Shown here one piece after another: positions 44,701 to 55,491 of a DNA stretch of 64,000 bases. Source of the stretch: an uncultured Bacteroidota bacterium (lineage in GTDB: Bacteria; Bacteroidota; Bacteroidia; Bacteroidales; DTGW01); NCBI GenBank assembly GCA_963808135.1, contig CAWEFA010000078.1:13797-77796 (forward strand), in the 5' to 3' direction. How positions within the stretch are numbered: position 1 is the stretch's first letter; each line of letters opens with the position of its first letter. The notes beneath the pieces are model-generated. The model was given only the letters and a program-made list of their open reading frames with translations. It was not told the DNA's origin and searched no databases. A program made the position numbers and the translations under genes.

Positions 44701-45580
44701 TCCTTCCACTAATCTTAACCATGAATTTGAGAACGGCGATCCCCGGAGAAATAATACAATTATCGAGGATTCATCTATTCCTTACACATATCAATATTAC
44801 ATTTGGTCAACCGGATATTATAACCGAAAAGTTCTGACTATTGAACAACCGGATTCGTCCGGTCAAATTAGCCCCAACAAAAACAAACGGCTCATTCGTT
44901 ATGCCGATGTATTGCTTATGAATGCAGAAGCTGCTTTTCACTTAGGCAAAGATGATACTGCCCGGATGAGGGTAAACCAGGTAAGGCAACGCGCACGAAA
45001 CAGCGGCGACCCAAAGGGTTCAATTTATGGTTTGTATTCTTATCCGCCGGTAAACACAAACCCGGCTACTCTACCCGATGTTACAGCCTCAGGTCAAGAC
45101 CTTATGGAAGCAATTAAACACGAACGGCGCGTTGAACTTGCCATGGAAGGCCAACGGTTATGGGACCTATATCGTTGGGGCGAATACGAAGATGCAATAA
45201 AAACATTTGTGCCTGCTGATGCAGTTATGACAGATATTACGGCTGATTCTGTTATCTCAAATTTCAGGCAACACTTATTAAATGGCGTGCCTTCATTGGT
45301 TTATATTTTAACAGGTAAAACTGATATTGTAATAAACAATGCCTTTACTAGCCAAAACAACAAACTTTATTTATATCCAAATCCCGCAAAAAATGAGCTT
45401 AATATTGGCAATTCCACCGGGGATGTTTCGATAAACATTTTTGATGTTACCGGGAAAAAACTACAATCGAAAACTATTAAAAATGCGAAAGTTGATGTCA
45501 GCTCGCTTCAGAAAGGCTTATATTTAATAGACTTGCATGACAATAATGGTACGATATTTTATAAATTCATAAAAGAATAG
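41742..45580 (+). CDS. Tandem SusD-like domains + T9SS type A C-terminal domain (~1,280 aa after repairing indels near 42220 and 42835-42870)
   Basis: Sec/SPI-type signal (MHA|KPW); two SusD C-terminal motif sets (RYADVLL..AEA, ER.WEL/ERRVEL..EG.R..DL); C-terminal LYPNP..DVTGK..LQKGLYLI..KFIKE. Confidence 0.85.
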
Positions 45581-45601
45581 TTTTCTTTAAAATAAAATTG
45601 G

Positions 45602-45643
45602 GAGCAGGTTCCGGGATTATCCGGAAACCTGCTCTTTTTTTTT
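45602..45643 (+). terminator. Rho-independent terminator
   Basis: GAGCAGGTTCCGG..CCGGAAACCTGCTC followed by T9. Confidence 0.85.
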
Positions 45644-45662
45644 CAAAAAAATCATTTTTCCG

Positions 45663-45693
45663 TACGTGTTTTTGATTTGGTATTTGTCATAGG
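45663..45693 (+). promoter_or_regulatory. Putative ECF promoter for fecR-susC-susD
   Basis: TACGTGTTTTTGATTTGGTATTTGTC, identical 26-mer on the minus strand at 54529-54554. Confidence 0.7.
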
Positions 45694-45717
45694 AATTGAG
45701 ATAAAAAATTAAAAAAG

Positions 45718-46671
45718 ATGAAATCAGTAAATATTGAACTTCTTCAAAAATTTCTAAATAATGAAACCGATGATAAAGAGTCGGAAATAGTCATAAACTG
45801 GCTTAAGAAAAACAGGCTTAGCGAACAGGATTTAAAAAAACTCATTGAAATTCCTGAAAGCGTCCGTTTGTTCGAAATGATAGACCCGAAAAAAGATTGG
45901 CCGATAGTCCGAAGAAAATTATTCCCTAAGGAAAGGCAACTAAATGCAAGGTTTATTTTAAGGGTTGCAGCTTCGGTTGCTTTATTGCTGGGTATTTCAG
46001 AATTGCTGTTTCATTGGTACAATACGGCAAAGCAACCAATCGTATATTACAACTATAGCAACAATATAAATATTATAACGCTGCCCGATAGCAGTAATGC
46101 ATACCTGGAAAGAAATACCAAAATAGTTTATTACTCAAGCTATATTAAAAATCGTGAAGTAACGATAGATGGGAAAATATTTTTCGAAGTAAAACGGAAC
46201 GAACAAAAGCCATTTATTATAGCAGCAAAGGAGAGCAGGGTTAAAGTGCTGGGCACTTCATTTTCAGTTAATACGCAACAGAAATATACTGAAGTTATTG
46301 TTAATTCCGGCAAAGTAGCCCTTTATTCCAATGATAAAACAACCGATACGCTTATTCTTATAAAAGGCGACAAAGGCATATTTAGAAATCAGGAACATAG
46401 ATTGGAAAAACTAAAAAATGACGACCTGAATTATATTTCCTGGAAAACCCACGTCCTTACTTTCTGCAACACACCGATGAACCGGGTAATTTCTGATTTA
46501 GAAAGTTATTTCGGAATTAAAATATACCTTGAAAACCCTACGCTTTCGAAGCTTTGTTATACCTCCGGGTTTACCAATCCGTCATTAAAAGAGATTTTAA
46601 ATGAAATGGAACTGGTATTAAACATAAAGTGCGAGAAGAAAAATAACAATTTAATAATTATCAGTAAATGA
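45718..46671 (+). CDS. fecR: FecR-family anti-sigma factor
   Basis: RVAASVALL TM, LPDSS, FFEV, VKVLGTSF, DUF4974-like C-terminus. Confidence 0.9.
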   Translation: MKSVNIELLQKFLNNETDDKESEIVINWLKKNRLSEQDLKKLIEIPESVRLFEMIDPKKDWPIVRRKLFPKERQLNARFILRVAASVALLLGISELLFHWYNTAKQPIVYYNYSNNINIITLPDSSNAYLERNTKIVYYSSYIKNREVTIDGKIFFEVKRNEQKPFIIAAKESRVKVLGTSFSVNTQQKYTEVIVNSGKVALYSNDKTTDTLILIKGDKGIFRNQEHRLEKLKNDDLNYISWKTHVLTFCNTPMNRVISDLESYFGIKIYLENPTLSKLCYTSGFTNPSLKEILNEMELVLNIKCEKKNNNLIIISK

Positions 46672-49600
46672 GAATTTTTATACTTTTTATCTTCAGCTTT
46701 TTTATATTGCCAATTTACGCCCAAGTCTTTAGAAGACAAGAAAATTGTACTTCCTAATGACAATATTTCTATTGATAGTGTTTTCATCCTTTTGAAAGAA
46801 AAACATGACATTGTTTTTTCATACAACAGCTCGATCATAAAAAATAAAAAATTAAGGTTTAACAAAACAACCGTAACGGTTCTTGAAATCATCAAAAATG
46901 TTGCCGATGAATCCGGTTTAGATTATAAAATACAAGGCAATAAAGTAATTTTTTTTTCAAAAAAACAAAAATTCGTAATTAACGGGTCTGTTAAAGACGC
47001 TGAAACAGGCATAACATTGCCGGATGCAAATATTGCCGTAAAAGATTATAATTATAATACAATAACCGGGGCCGATGGCAATTATAAAATAATCCTCGAT
47101 CCGGGGTATTATACAATTGTTTTCAGTTTTATCGGGTTTAAAACAGAAAAAAAGGAAATTGAACTTAATAGTAATCTCGAAATAAATATTTCATTAGACG
47201 TGGAAATTAACTCTTTAGAAGAAGTTAAAGTAACCAAACAGCGGAACTTCTGGGGTAATATGAATATTGGGCGTAATATGAGTTCAATTGACTCAAAAAA
47301 GATAGAATTGCTGAATACCAATAATGCTGCCGATATTTTACAGGCAAGAATTGCCGGGGTATGGAGCTCTCAAACATCAGGCGCTCCCGGCGATCATCAG
47401 AAAATACTTGTCAGGGGGCTAAGTTCGCTTTATAGTTGCAGCGATCCGTTATATATTATTGATGGAGTGGCAGTCCCGTATCGTTAACCTTCATTCGCTG
47501 GGTATCGGCGATTTGAATGTGCATGATATTGAAAAGGTGACCGTTCTTAAAGATGCTGCTTCCACAGCGTTATACGGGTACCAGGGGGCAAACGGCGTTA
47601 TTATCATTGACACAAAACGTAAAAATGAAGAACATATTTCTTTTTCAATAAAAACCGGCGTTCAGTCCCTTCATAAGCGGTACGATTTAATGAATACAAA
47701 AGATTTTCTTTCAACTCTCGATGAAGCAAAAACCAGGATGACTCCTAATATTAGGAAGTTTTATCCCTTCTACACTGATTCATTGGCAAACACAAATTGG
47801 CAGAATGTTCTTTTTAGAGATGGAATTTCAAACGAATACCAACTTTCCGGTTCAGGGTCGGTGGGTAATACCAATTTCTATTTATCCGGTAATTATTATT
47901 CCCAACAGGGTATAATTGCCAATTCAGGTTATAAGAGATATTCAGTAAGCGCTAATTTCGGTAAAAACATTACAAAAAAAATATCAGTTGAATTTAATTA
48001 CAGGGGCAACATCCAGAAAAATAGCAATAACCTCGACCTCTATCTGGGAAATAACTTGATTGTTTTTGGTATAAATAAATCGCCCTGTTTGAAAGGCACT
48101 CCCGCTATATTTTACAGACAAAGTCGTAGTAACGATTTACCTGCTGTAAGAACATTTTATAATTATACTAATCCAAATTCAAATAGTTTATACCAGCATT
48201 TCGGCGATAGTATAACTACTGATTCCTTAATTAAAAGTAATATAAATACGCTTGATGCTTTAACAAACTCATTCAGTCTTACTGCAAAGTATTTCGTATC
48301 CAATAATATTTACTTCAATGCATCTTCCTCGGTTTCCTTAAGAGATAACCAATATATTTCAAATACGCCTGACAACTATATCAAAAGCATTGAACATTAT
48401 ATCCTGTTAAATCAGCAGTTAAATATTAATTATTCTAAAAGTATAAACGACCATGAATTCTTATTTGTAATGGGTTACAGAAATTATGCCGATAATGCAA
48501 ACTGGAACCTGGAATTCAATACGAAACAGGAATTATACTAATCTTCTGAAAAGCTCCCTGGCCTTTAATGGCGATAATGGCTCAATAACACGTATGATCC
48601 AATCGTTTGCAACACACATGAACTACAATTATAAAAAGAAATATTTTGTGTCATTCATTGTTAATCATGAGAATCTTAGAGTTAATAATCTTGTAAATAT
48701 TAGCGATTGGTTTCCTTCAGTAGCGTTAAGCTGGGATATTTCAAGAGAAACCGTGCTAAGTCAACTCAATTGGCTGAATCAATGCAGCCTGTTTGCCAAC
48801 TGGGGGATAGCTGGAAATTATCCCGTAAATGCCGTAGCAGGCGATTTTTATACAAATTATCAATATTACTTTCCCGATTCTGTTTATTCCGGCAAGACGG
48901 TTTCGCAATTTGCCAACCACTATCTGAAAAGTGAAAAATCCGATGAATATAATGTGGGAAATACTTTGCGATTATTCAATAATAAAATTTCATTGTCTAC
49001 AGATTACTATTATAAAATAAACAAAAATCTTATTATAATGCAGGATATCCCATATTATTACGAAGGCGGTAAAATGATGCTCAATATTGGGAAAATCCTT
49101 AACAAAGGATATGAATTCAATCTTGAACTTGAACCTGTTAACACAACAAATTTTATTTGGAATTCTGCTTTTATTGTTTCATTTAGTCAACAAAAAGTCA
49201 CTAGTGTTGGTGACCAAAAGCAACTTATATTTTACAGTAACGATGATTTAGTTCCTGAATTTATTATAAATGAGAATGAAGCAGCAGGAAATATAATCGG
49301 TTACAAATATTTGGGAATCTGGACAAGCAAAGATAATAATACAAATAATAAGCATATCATTCAACACTTGGGTAGCAAATTTTTTAAGAATGATACAACC
49401 ACAAATTATCTTAACGATAATGACAGGGTGATTCTCGGGAAATCGATGCCCGATTGCACATGGAGCTGGTCGAATACATTCGTGTATAAAAATTTCTCAA
49501 TTTATTTCCTGTGGTACGGAGTTGCAGGAGTCAGCAAATTCAATTCAACAAAAGCTGCTACATATATGGCTTGTACAAACAGGGGAATTAATAATTTTAT

Positions 49601-49907
49601 ACTACAAGCAAACAGAAAGGCTTTAGAAGATACTTTTTTTTACCAATCTTCTTATTTTGTTGAAAACTCCAGCTTTATCAGGCTTAAACAAATAACTTTC
49701 TCATATCTTATTCCAAAAAAAGTCATCAAGTATGGTGAATTAAAACTTTCAGTAAGTTTCGAAAATTTCTTAACTTTTACCCGCTATTCCGGCTACGACC
49801 CGGAAGCCAGCATATATACCGATAACAGTTTCTCGGACTTTGCGGTCGACCGGGGCGCTTACCCCAACACAAGGGCTGTTTATTTTACTATTAAATTTGA
49901 AATGTAA
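46668..49907 (+). CDS. susC: SusC/RagA TonB-dependent transducer with N-terminal STN extension (three apparent +1 indels near 46728, 47480, 48513)
   Basis: PLYIIDGV, LKDAASTALYG..GANGVIII, YSGYDPE, DRGAYP; starts with ATGA overlap at the fecR stop. Confidence 0.9.
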
Positions 49908-49920
49908 AAAAATGATATTT

Positions 49921-50113
49921 AATGTGAGTTCAACGTAATATGAATGTAGAAGTATTGAAAATGTTGATAGTAGCATTCCCCCTTGGTGAAGGGGGCTGGG
50001 GGATTGATGGTTTTTCCTAACTTTTAAAAATAATTCAATCCCCCAGCCCCCTTTTCAAAGGGGGATTAGCATAGTTCTTTTATTTACAATTAATTATGTA
50101 TCGAACTCATGTT
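49921..50113. repeat. REP/MITE-like element between susC and susD
   Basis: Terminal IRs AATGTGAGTTCAAC / ATCGAACTCATGTT enclosing inverted GAAGGGGGCTGGGGGATTGA / TCAATCCCCCAGCCCCCTTT arms. Confidence 0.75.
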
Positions 50114-50136
50114 GTTTAAATTTAAAAATTATAATT

Positions 50137-51717
50137 ATGAAACGTATGTATATTTTCTGTATCCTGTTTCTTCTTTTTAACTGCAAAAAAATATTTAAAG
50201 AAGATATACAAAATTCCTTTTCTTTAAAAACAACAGATGATTATAATGTTGCCATGACCGGTTTATATAACAGACTGTTTAATGGTGTTATGGCAAGCCC
50301 ATTATTTTATATTTATTCAATAGGAAATGAAGATGATTTGGGTGTTTTTAATGGGTCAATCAATTTTGAACCAGATAGCCCTTGCATTGCTTGTATTTAT
50401 AATTTAAATAATTATATCTATGTTTATAGTGGGTGTGGTATTAGTGTGTATGAACCGGAAAATCATGATTTTACTGAACCTTATAAGTATTTATTTCAAG
50501 CTATTGCATGCGCCAATAATATATTATCAAAAGCAGGGGATATTGGAAAGCTTCCCGAAGTTTATAAAAATTATATAGGAGAAGTATATTTTATAAGGGC
50601 ATATTGCTATTTCAGGCTTGTCAGAAATTATGGCCAGATACCGATTGTAGACAACCCTGATGTTAATTACACATTAAAAAAACCATCCTTTAGTGAAATA
50701 TATAATTTTATAATCAGCGATTTGCAAAAAGCTTACAATTTACTGCCTAATTCTAACAGTGAGGCAAGAATAAAATATGTAACGCCGCATCGTGGTTCCG
50801 CCAAAGCGTTGCTTGCCGAAGTTTACCTGACAATGGGCGGATATCCTGTTTATGATGCCAAAAAATATAACGATGCTGCAAAAATTGCAGGCGAGGTGAT
50901 TGATAGCGCTGCATATTTTGGATTTGGCCTAATGCCCGATTTAGCCGATTTATGGAACGGAAATAATGTAATGAATAGCGAAACGGTATTTTCATTTTAT
51001 TTTCTACCAACTTCCAAAAATGTAGGTGGAGGGGCTTATAATAGTGATGAAAATTTTTTTACTAACCAGTATGGTTGGAATCAATGGATTGGTTATCGTG
51101 TTCCTGCAGACTTTTATAATTCTTTTCCGAAAAGCTATAGAAAAGAAGCTACTTTCCAAACCCGAGGTTTTAAACATTGGCCATTTGATATGACGATTGC
51201 TCATTTGGATTCAATAACTTATTGTCGCATGATGTTCTATAAAAAATTTTATACTCAATTTTACATGAATGATGATGAATTAAGATTATTATCTTCTGGA
51301 ACCCTTCCAAGCTATAACGGTCATATTGTTTATCTTTTACGTTATGTACAAACATTGTTAACTTTCGCAGAAGCGAAGGCACGGTCAGGGGTAGTTGACA
51401 AAACCGCTTACGATGCGGTTAACCAGGTGCGCCGCAGGGCCAATAAAGCAGACTTGTTTTCACCTTCGCCTTATGACCTTACTCCCGGGCTTACACCACA
51501 ACAATTTGCCGATTCGGTAGTACAGGAGCGCGCATGGGAGTTATGCGCCGAACCCGAAGGCCGTTGGTACGATATTGTAAGGCTCAATTTGGTAAAAAGT
51601 TTGCCGAAAATTAAGCAAAAACAAGGCATAATAGTATATCCCATCATAATAGATACAACAACCTACTTTATCCCGATTCCTAAATTAGATAAAACAGTTA
51701 ATCCGAACCTGGAGTAA
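50137..51717 (+). CDS. susD: Canonical SusD/RagB lipoprotein
   Basis: Cys after short hydrophobic signal (LFNC); GEVYFIRAYCYF, AKALLAEVYL, ERAWELCAE, IPIP. Confidence 0.9.
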   Translation: MKRMYIFCILFLLFNCKKIFKEDIQNSFSLKTTDDYNVAMTGLYNRLFNGVMASPLFYIYSIGNEDDLGVFNGSINFEPDSPCIACIYNLNNYIYVYSGCGISVYEPENHDFTEPYKYLFQAIACANNILSKAGDIGKLPEVYKNYIGEVYFIRAYCYFRLVRNYGQIPIVDNPDVNYTLKKPSFSEIYNFIISDLQKAYNLLPNSNSEARIKYVTPHRGSAKALLAEVYLTMGGYPVYDAKKYNDAAKIAGEVIDSAAYFGFGLMPDLADLWNGNNVMNSETVFSFYFLPTSKNVGGGAYNSDENFFTNQYGWNQWIGYRVPADFYNSFPKSYRKEATFQTRGFKHWPFDMTIAHLDSITYCRMMFYKKFYTQFYMNDDELRLLSSGTLPSYNGHIVYLLRYVQTLLTFAEAKARSGVVDKTAYDAVNQVRRRANKADLFSPSPYDLTPGLTPQQFADSVVQERAWELCAEPEGRWYDIVRLNLVKSLPKIKQKQGIIVYPIIIDTTTYFIPIPKLDKTVNPNLE

Positions 51718-52187
51718 AAATCAAGATAATTCACACAAACATTACAATAAAACGGCTATTTAATTGCAAGCGTTTGCCGCCTATCAAAAGAGTTTCCTTC
51801 TTTCTTATTATTTCCTTTGATTGTTATTTTATTGTACTGACTTAGTTTCAGAATTGACCCAGTCATTTTGAATTCGGCCGGGTAATTTAGCAAAAACTAT
51901 ATAGAATCTAAAATGTAATTACACATAAATTCGTTAGGTTTTCATAATCTATCTGAAATAAATGTGTAATTAGTTTTCAAACTTTTTAAACTTTTTTACA
52001 GAAAGGTTCAAAAAGTTATAGGAAAATAATTGAAAGTATTTTTTAACGGTACGGCTTTGGCCAGTATCTGTTTCAGGACACTGACCAAAACTTCCGTTCT
52101 AAACTTTGATGAATGTACAAAATTTCGCATACCTCCTAACTCGCTATTGGCTGAAGCTATTGTTGGACACCGTGCCTTTTTAAAAAA

Positions 52188-54440
52188 TTATTTCTTAAAA
52201 ATCTTCTGAAAATATACACCCCGGCTGTTGCTAACCTCAATTAAATATAAACCAGGATTCATTTGCCCAAGATAAACCTGCCCGTTTGCATGGCTTACCG
52301 AAAGCACTTGCTTTCCTGTAAGGTCAAATACATTTGCCCACTCATCGCCATCGGCATTGGCTATGTATATGATGTTACCTGTTGGGTTAGGATAAAGGTA
52401 CTTACCGGATGGCTTGCTATTGTTGATTTCCTTAACCGAAACGACTTTCTTTGGCATAAATACAAGCTTAAAGGTATCGGTAATTGTATCCTGGTAGTCG
52501 TGCACATGCACAATAAGTTTATCAGTAAACGGGAAAGCCGGCCAACGATCTCCGTTTTGGGGGCTGTATTTATATTGAAGATAGTAAATTACAGGAAATA
52601 TATTAGGTTTATACTCGTCATTTTCATTTACCGTATTTACAAATTCAGTTATGTTGCCATAAACTGTTTCAACACTAATCGTGGGGACTATCCTGTATTG
52701 GTAGCATGAATCGAGGTTGAAGTAATTACTAAAAGATATAGTATTGGTTAACCCGCAATATTTCTTAGAGGTTGTGTCGATAATAGTAGTGAAAGTCCTG
52801 CCATTTTTAGTTTTGGTAATTTCAGGCAAAGTGAATTCATAACCAGGATTTTGGGTTAACATGCCCTTATTGCGCAAGATATCAAGATAAGGTATTGGGA
52901 AAAGATAATTCTTTGCCGTGTCGAACTTTCTTTTTTCCTTCCAAGTATAGTTGTAAAGTCCGTTTAAAACCGAGTCGGCTTTTCTGGTCCTGATAAGGTC
53001 GAAATAACGCTGGCCCTCGGTGGCAAATTCCCAGCAACGTTCATTGAGGATAGCGTTGTATGTAATTGAGGTTAAATTGGCCGGCGCACCCGCTGTGCCA
53101 TTATTCCTGGCGCGTGTACGCACCTGGTTAATATAGCCCAGCGCAGTGGCCGTATCCCCGGTATTTAAGGCTGCTTCAGCGGCCATCAGCAATACATCGG
53201 CATAGCGGAATATTACAATATCTTTGATTCCACCCGAATGTTGAATTGGTCTGGGAGTTTTTATTACCGACAAACGCCAATCATAAGGTGTTACAAAGTA
53301 TTTTCGCGGATAATATCCTGTGGGGCTTGGGGGATAACCCTCGTTGAGAAAAGTATCTTTAGGGAGTGCAATGCCAAGAAGATTTGTTTCCCACTTGAAT
53401 GTATCACCTTCTGCCAATACACTCAATTTGAGCCGTGGATCGCCGGTGGCAAATGATTTCACGTATCTCTCCGTTGGGCAATTTGAACCCCAGCCGTAAT
53501 AATTTTCTGTTTCAAATTTTCCATTAGCTTTAGTCTGATGCAACATATTTCTAATCGACAGGAAAACATTGTGGTTAGCGGCAATCCAATAATCTTGCAG
53601 ATCTTGTACCCATGCATATATAGGCGGCTGGTATAGCTCAAAAATGGTTTCCTTACCATACTTATTATTTGTAAAGAAAATAGTATCAAATTTGTTTTCC
53701 AATACATATTCGCCCGATTGGATAATGGTTTCGGCCAGAGTCAATGCCTCTTCCCATTGTTGCCGGTAAATTTTTATTTTCAGCAACAATGTTTGTGCGG
53801 CGCCCTTCGTTATTTTGTCAATCAGGCTTTCGGTGATCTGGCTCCTGAGAGGCAACTGTACTATTGCAGCGTTAAGGTCGCTTTCAATGTGGTTATAGAT
53901 ACTGTCGGCGTTTACTCTCGGCTTATGAAGGGTGTCGGATTGTATAACAGGCATCCATACCGACGGTCTCAATGATTTAATAGAATCAACATTCACGATA
54001 TTGTCTTCGCTAAACCAGGGTACACCGCCATACAGGCGAACGAGGTTAAAATACATAAGCGACCGCAAAAATAATACGGTGGCTTTTTGTTGCGCACCGG
54101 GCGCATTTGTTTTGGCCACCGCGAGGTATTGGTTGCAAAGGCCAATGCCAAAATAGTTCCAATGGTAATAGTTCCTTACCGGGTTCATCCATGATTTGAT
54201 ATTGCCGCGCATTATTTCTTCTAAATCGTCGCCATCACCAGAGGAGCCACCAGGGCCCTCGGCAATATCAGAACAGGCATCGCCAATGCTCCATTCATTT
54301 GCTCCGTATAAGTGCTCGCTGGGCAGCACATAGCGGAAAATTGAGTCAACAACCCTGTTATTCCAGGGTTTTCCTTGCAATTCTGATGAACACAAAGCCA
54401 TTATCACTGCAATTAATAAAGTGTAATGTTGGTTTTTCAT
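52188..54440 (-). CDS. SusD-like domain + T9SS type A C-terminal domain
   Basis: Intact 750-aa ORF; signal ending LQG|KPW; FLRSLMYFNLVRLYGGVP, RYADVLLMAAEA, ERCWEFATEGQRYFDL, QNPGY; C-terminal YLYPNP..FDLTGK..PGLYLI..KIFKK. Confidence 0.9.
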   Translation of the reverse strand: MKNQHYTLLIAVIMALCSSELQGKPWNNRVVDSIFRYVLPSEHLYGANEWSIGDACSDIAEGPGGSSGDGDDLEEIMRGNIKSWMNPVRNYYHWNYFGIGLCNQYLAVAKTNAPGAQQKATVLFLRSLMYFNLVRLYGGVPWFSEDNIVNVDSIKSLRPSVWMPVIQSDTLHKPRVNADSIYNHIESDLNAAIVQLPLRSQITESLIDKITKGAAQTLLLKIKIYRQQWEEALTLAETIIQSGEYVLENKFDTIFFTNNKYGKETIFELYQPPIYAWVQDLQDYWIAANHNVFLSIRNMLHQTKANGKFETENYYGWGSNCPTERYVKSFATGDPRLKLSVLAEGDTFKWETNLLGIALPKDTFLNEGYPPSPTGYYPRKYFVTPYDWRLSVIKTPRPIQHSGGIKDIVIFRYADVLLMAAEAALNTGDTATALGYINQVRTRARNNGTAGAPANLTSITYNAILNERCWEFATEGQRYFDLIRTRKADSVLNGLYNYTWKEKRKFDTAKNYLFPIPYLDILRNKGMLTQNPGYEFTLPEITKTKNGRTFTTIIDTTSKKYCGLTNTISFSNYFNLDSCYQYRIVPTISVETVYGNITEFVNTVNENDEYKPNIFPVIYYLQYKYSPQNGDRWPAFPFTDKLIVHVHDYQDTITDTFKLVFMPKKVVSVKEINNSKPSGKYLYPNPTGNIIYIANADGDEWANVFDLTGKQVLSVSHANGQVYLGQMNPGLYLIEVSNSRGVYFQKIFKK

Positions 54441-54523
54441 TTTTAAATATTTAATTATTTTAAACCATTTAAATTTCCCAAATAAATACTAATGCAATTA
54501 TCATGGCTAAAAGTATTTTTAAA

Positions 54524-54554
54524 CCTAAGACAAATACCAAATCAAAAACACGTA
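54524..54554 (-). promoter_or_regulatory. Putative ECF promoter for the SusD-CTD gene
   Basis: Reverse complement of the motif upstream of fecR. Confidence 0.7.
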
Positions 54555-54948
54555 TAGAAAAATTATTTTTTTTAAAAAAAATAATTAATTAAATTTTTAA
54601 TTCCGAACCTAATACCGATTTGCGTTCAAAATTACAATTTCACTGCTCCCGATTTTTTCAGGATTGTGAAATTGTTTTGAACGTCAATCGGCATTTACGA
54701 ATCTAAACAATCAAATGCGATGTTATCTTTTTGATTGCAGATTGGTATAAAATCATTGCTTCAAATTACCTTAAACCTGAATTTTTTGATTAACTTTTAA
54801 CTTGAGTTTTGATGATTGATTAATTTTGAAAATTCTTTTTTAGGATACAGATAATTATTTAAGTGCTCATAATAAAACCAATAGGTTGAAAATAAACTTT
54901 TTTAATAATATTCTAAATTGCCATTAGAAAATAAGATGAGGTTGATCT

Positions 54949-55491
54949 ATGGAAAGTAGTTTATTAAAAGGGATAAAGAATGGCGATGAATTGGCGTATA
55001 ATACAATTTTTAATCAATACTATGCTTTATTAACTTCGTTTGCTTTTAAGTATTTGAAAGATTTGGATGCTTCAAAAGAAATTGCCCAAAACACTTTTGT
55101 GAAATTATTTGAAAAGAGGGATTCAATTGAAATTACTACCAGCTTAAAATCATATTTATATAAAATTGTCCATAACTCCTGCATTAATTATATTAAAAGC
55201 AGGGCAATTGAAGCAAAACATTATTCCGCATTAGCTGGCGAAGTTGAAAATACTTCGGACTTTAATCGGTTCATTGAACAAACCGAAGAAGAATACAGAA
55301 TTTATAAAGCCATTGACCAACTGCCGGGAAAATGTAAATTGATTTTTAAACTCAGCCGTTTCGAAGGCAGGAAAAACAAGGATATTGCCGATGAACTGAA
55401 TATCTCGGTACGAACTGTTGAAACTCAAATTTCCAAAGCGATAAAAATCCTGAAATTGAATTTGAAATTTATCGTTTCAATTTTATTTTAA
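54949..55491 (+). CDS. ECF sigma-70 factor, Bacteroidota SusC/D-associated expansion type
   Basis: SLKSYLY..VHNSCIN, LPGKCKLIFKLSRFEG, IADELNISVRTVETQI. Confidence 0.93.
   Translation: MESSLLKGIKNGDELAYNTIFNQYYALLTSFAFKYLKDLDASKEIAQNTFVKLFEKRDSIEITTSLKSYLYKIVHNSCINYIKSRAIEAKHYSALAGEVENTSDFNRFIEQTEEEYRIYKAIDQLPGKCKLIFKLSRFEGRKNKDIADELNISVRTVETQISKAIKILKLNLKFIVSILF

Noticed and set aside
54390-54440. Cys17 of the 750-aa SusD-like protein as a lipoprotein anchor
   Set aside because: MALC does not fit the lipobox consensus, and the paralog shares the downstream KPW mature start; a SignalP6 run is still needed.
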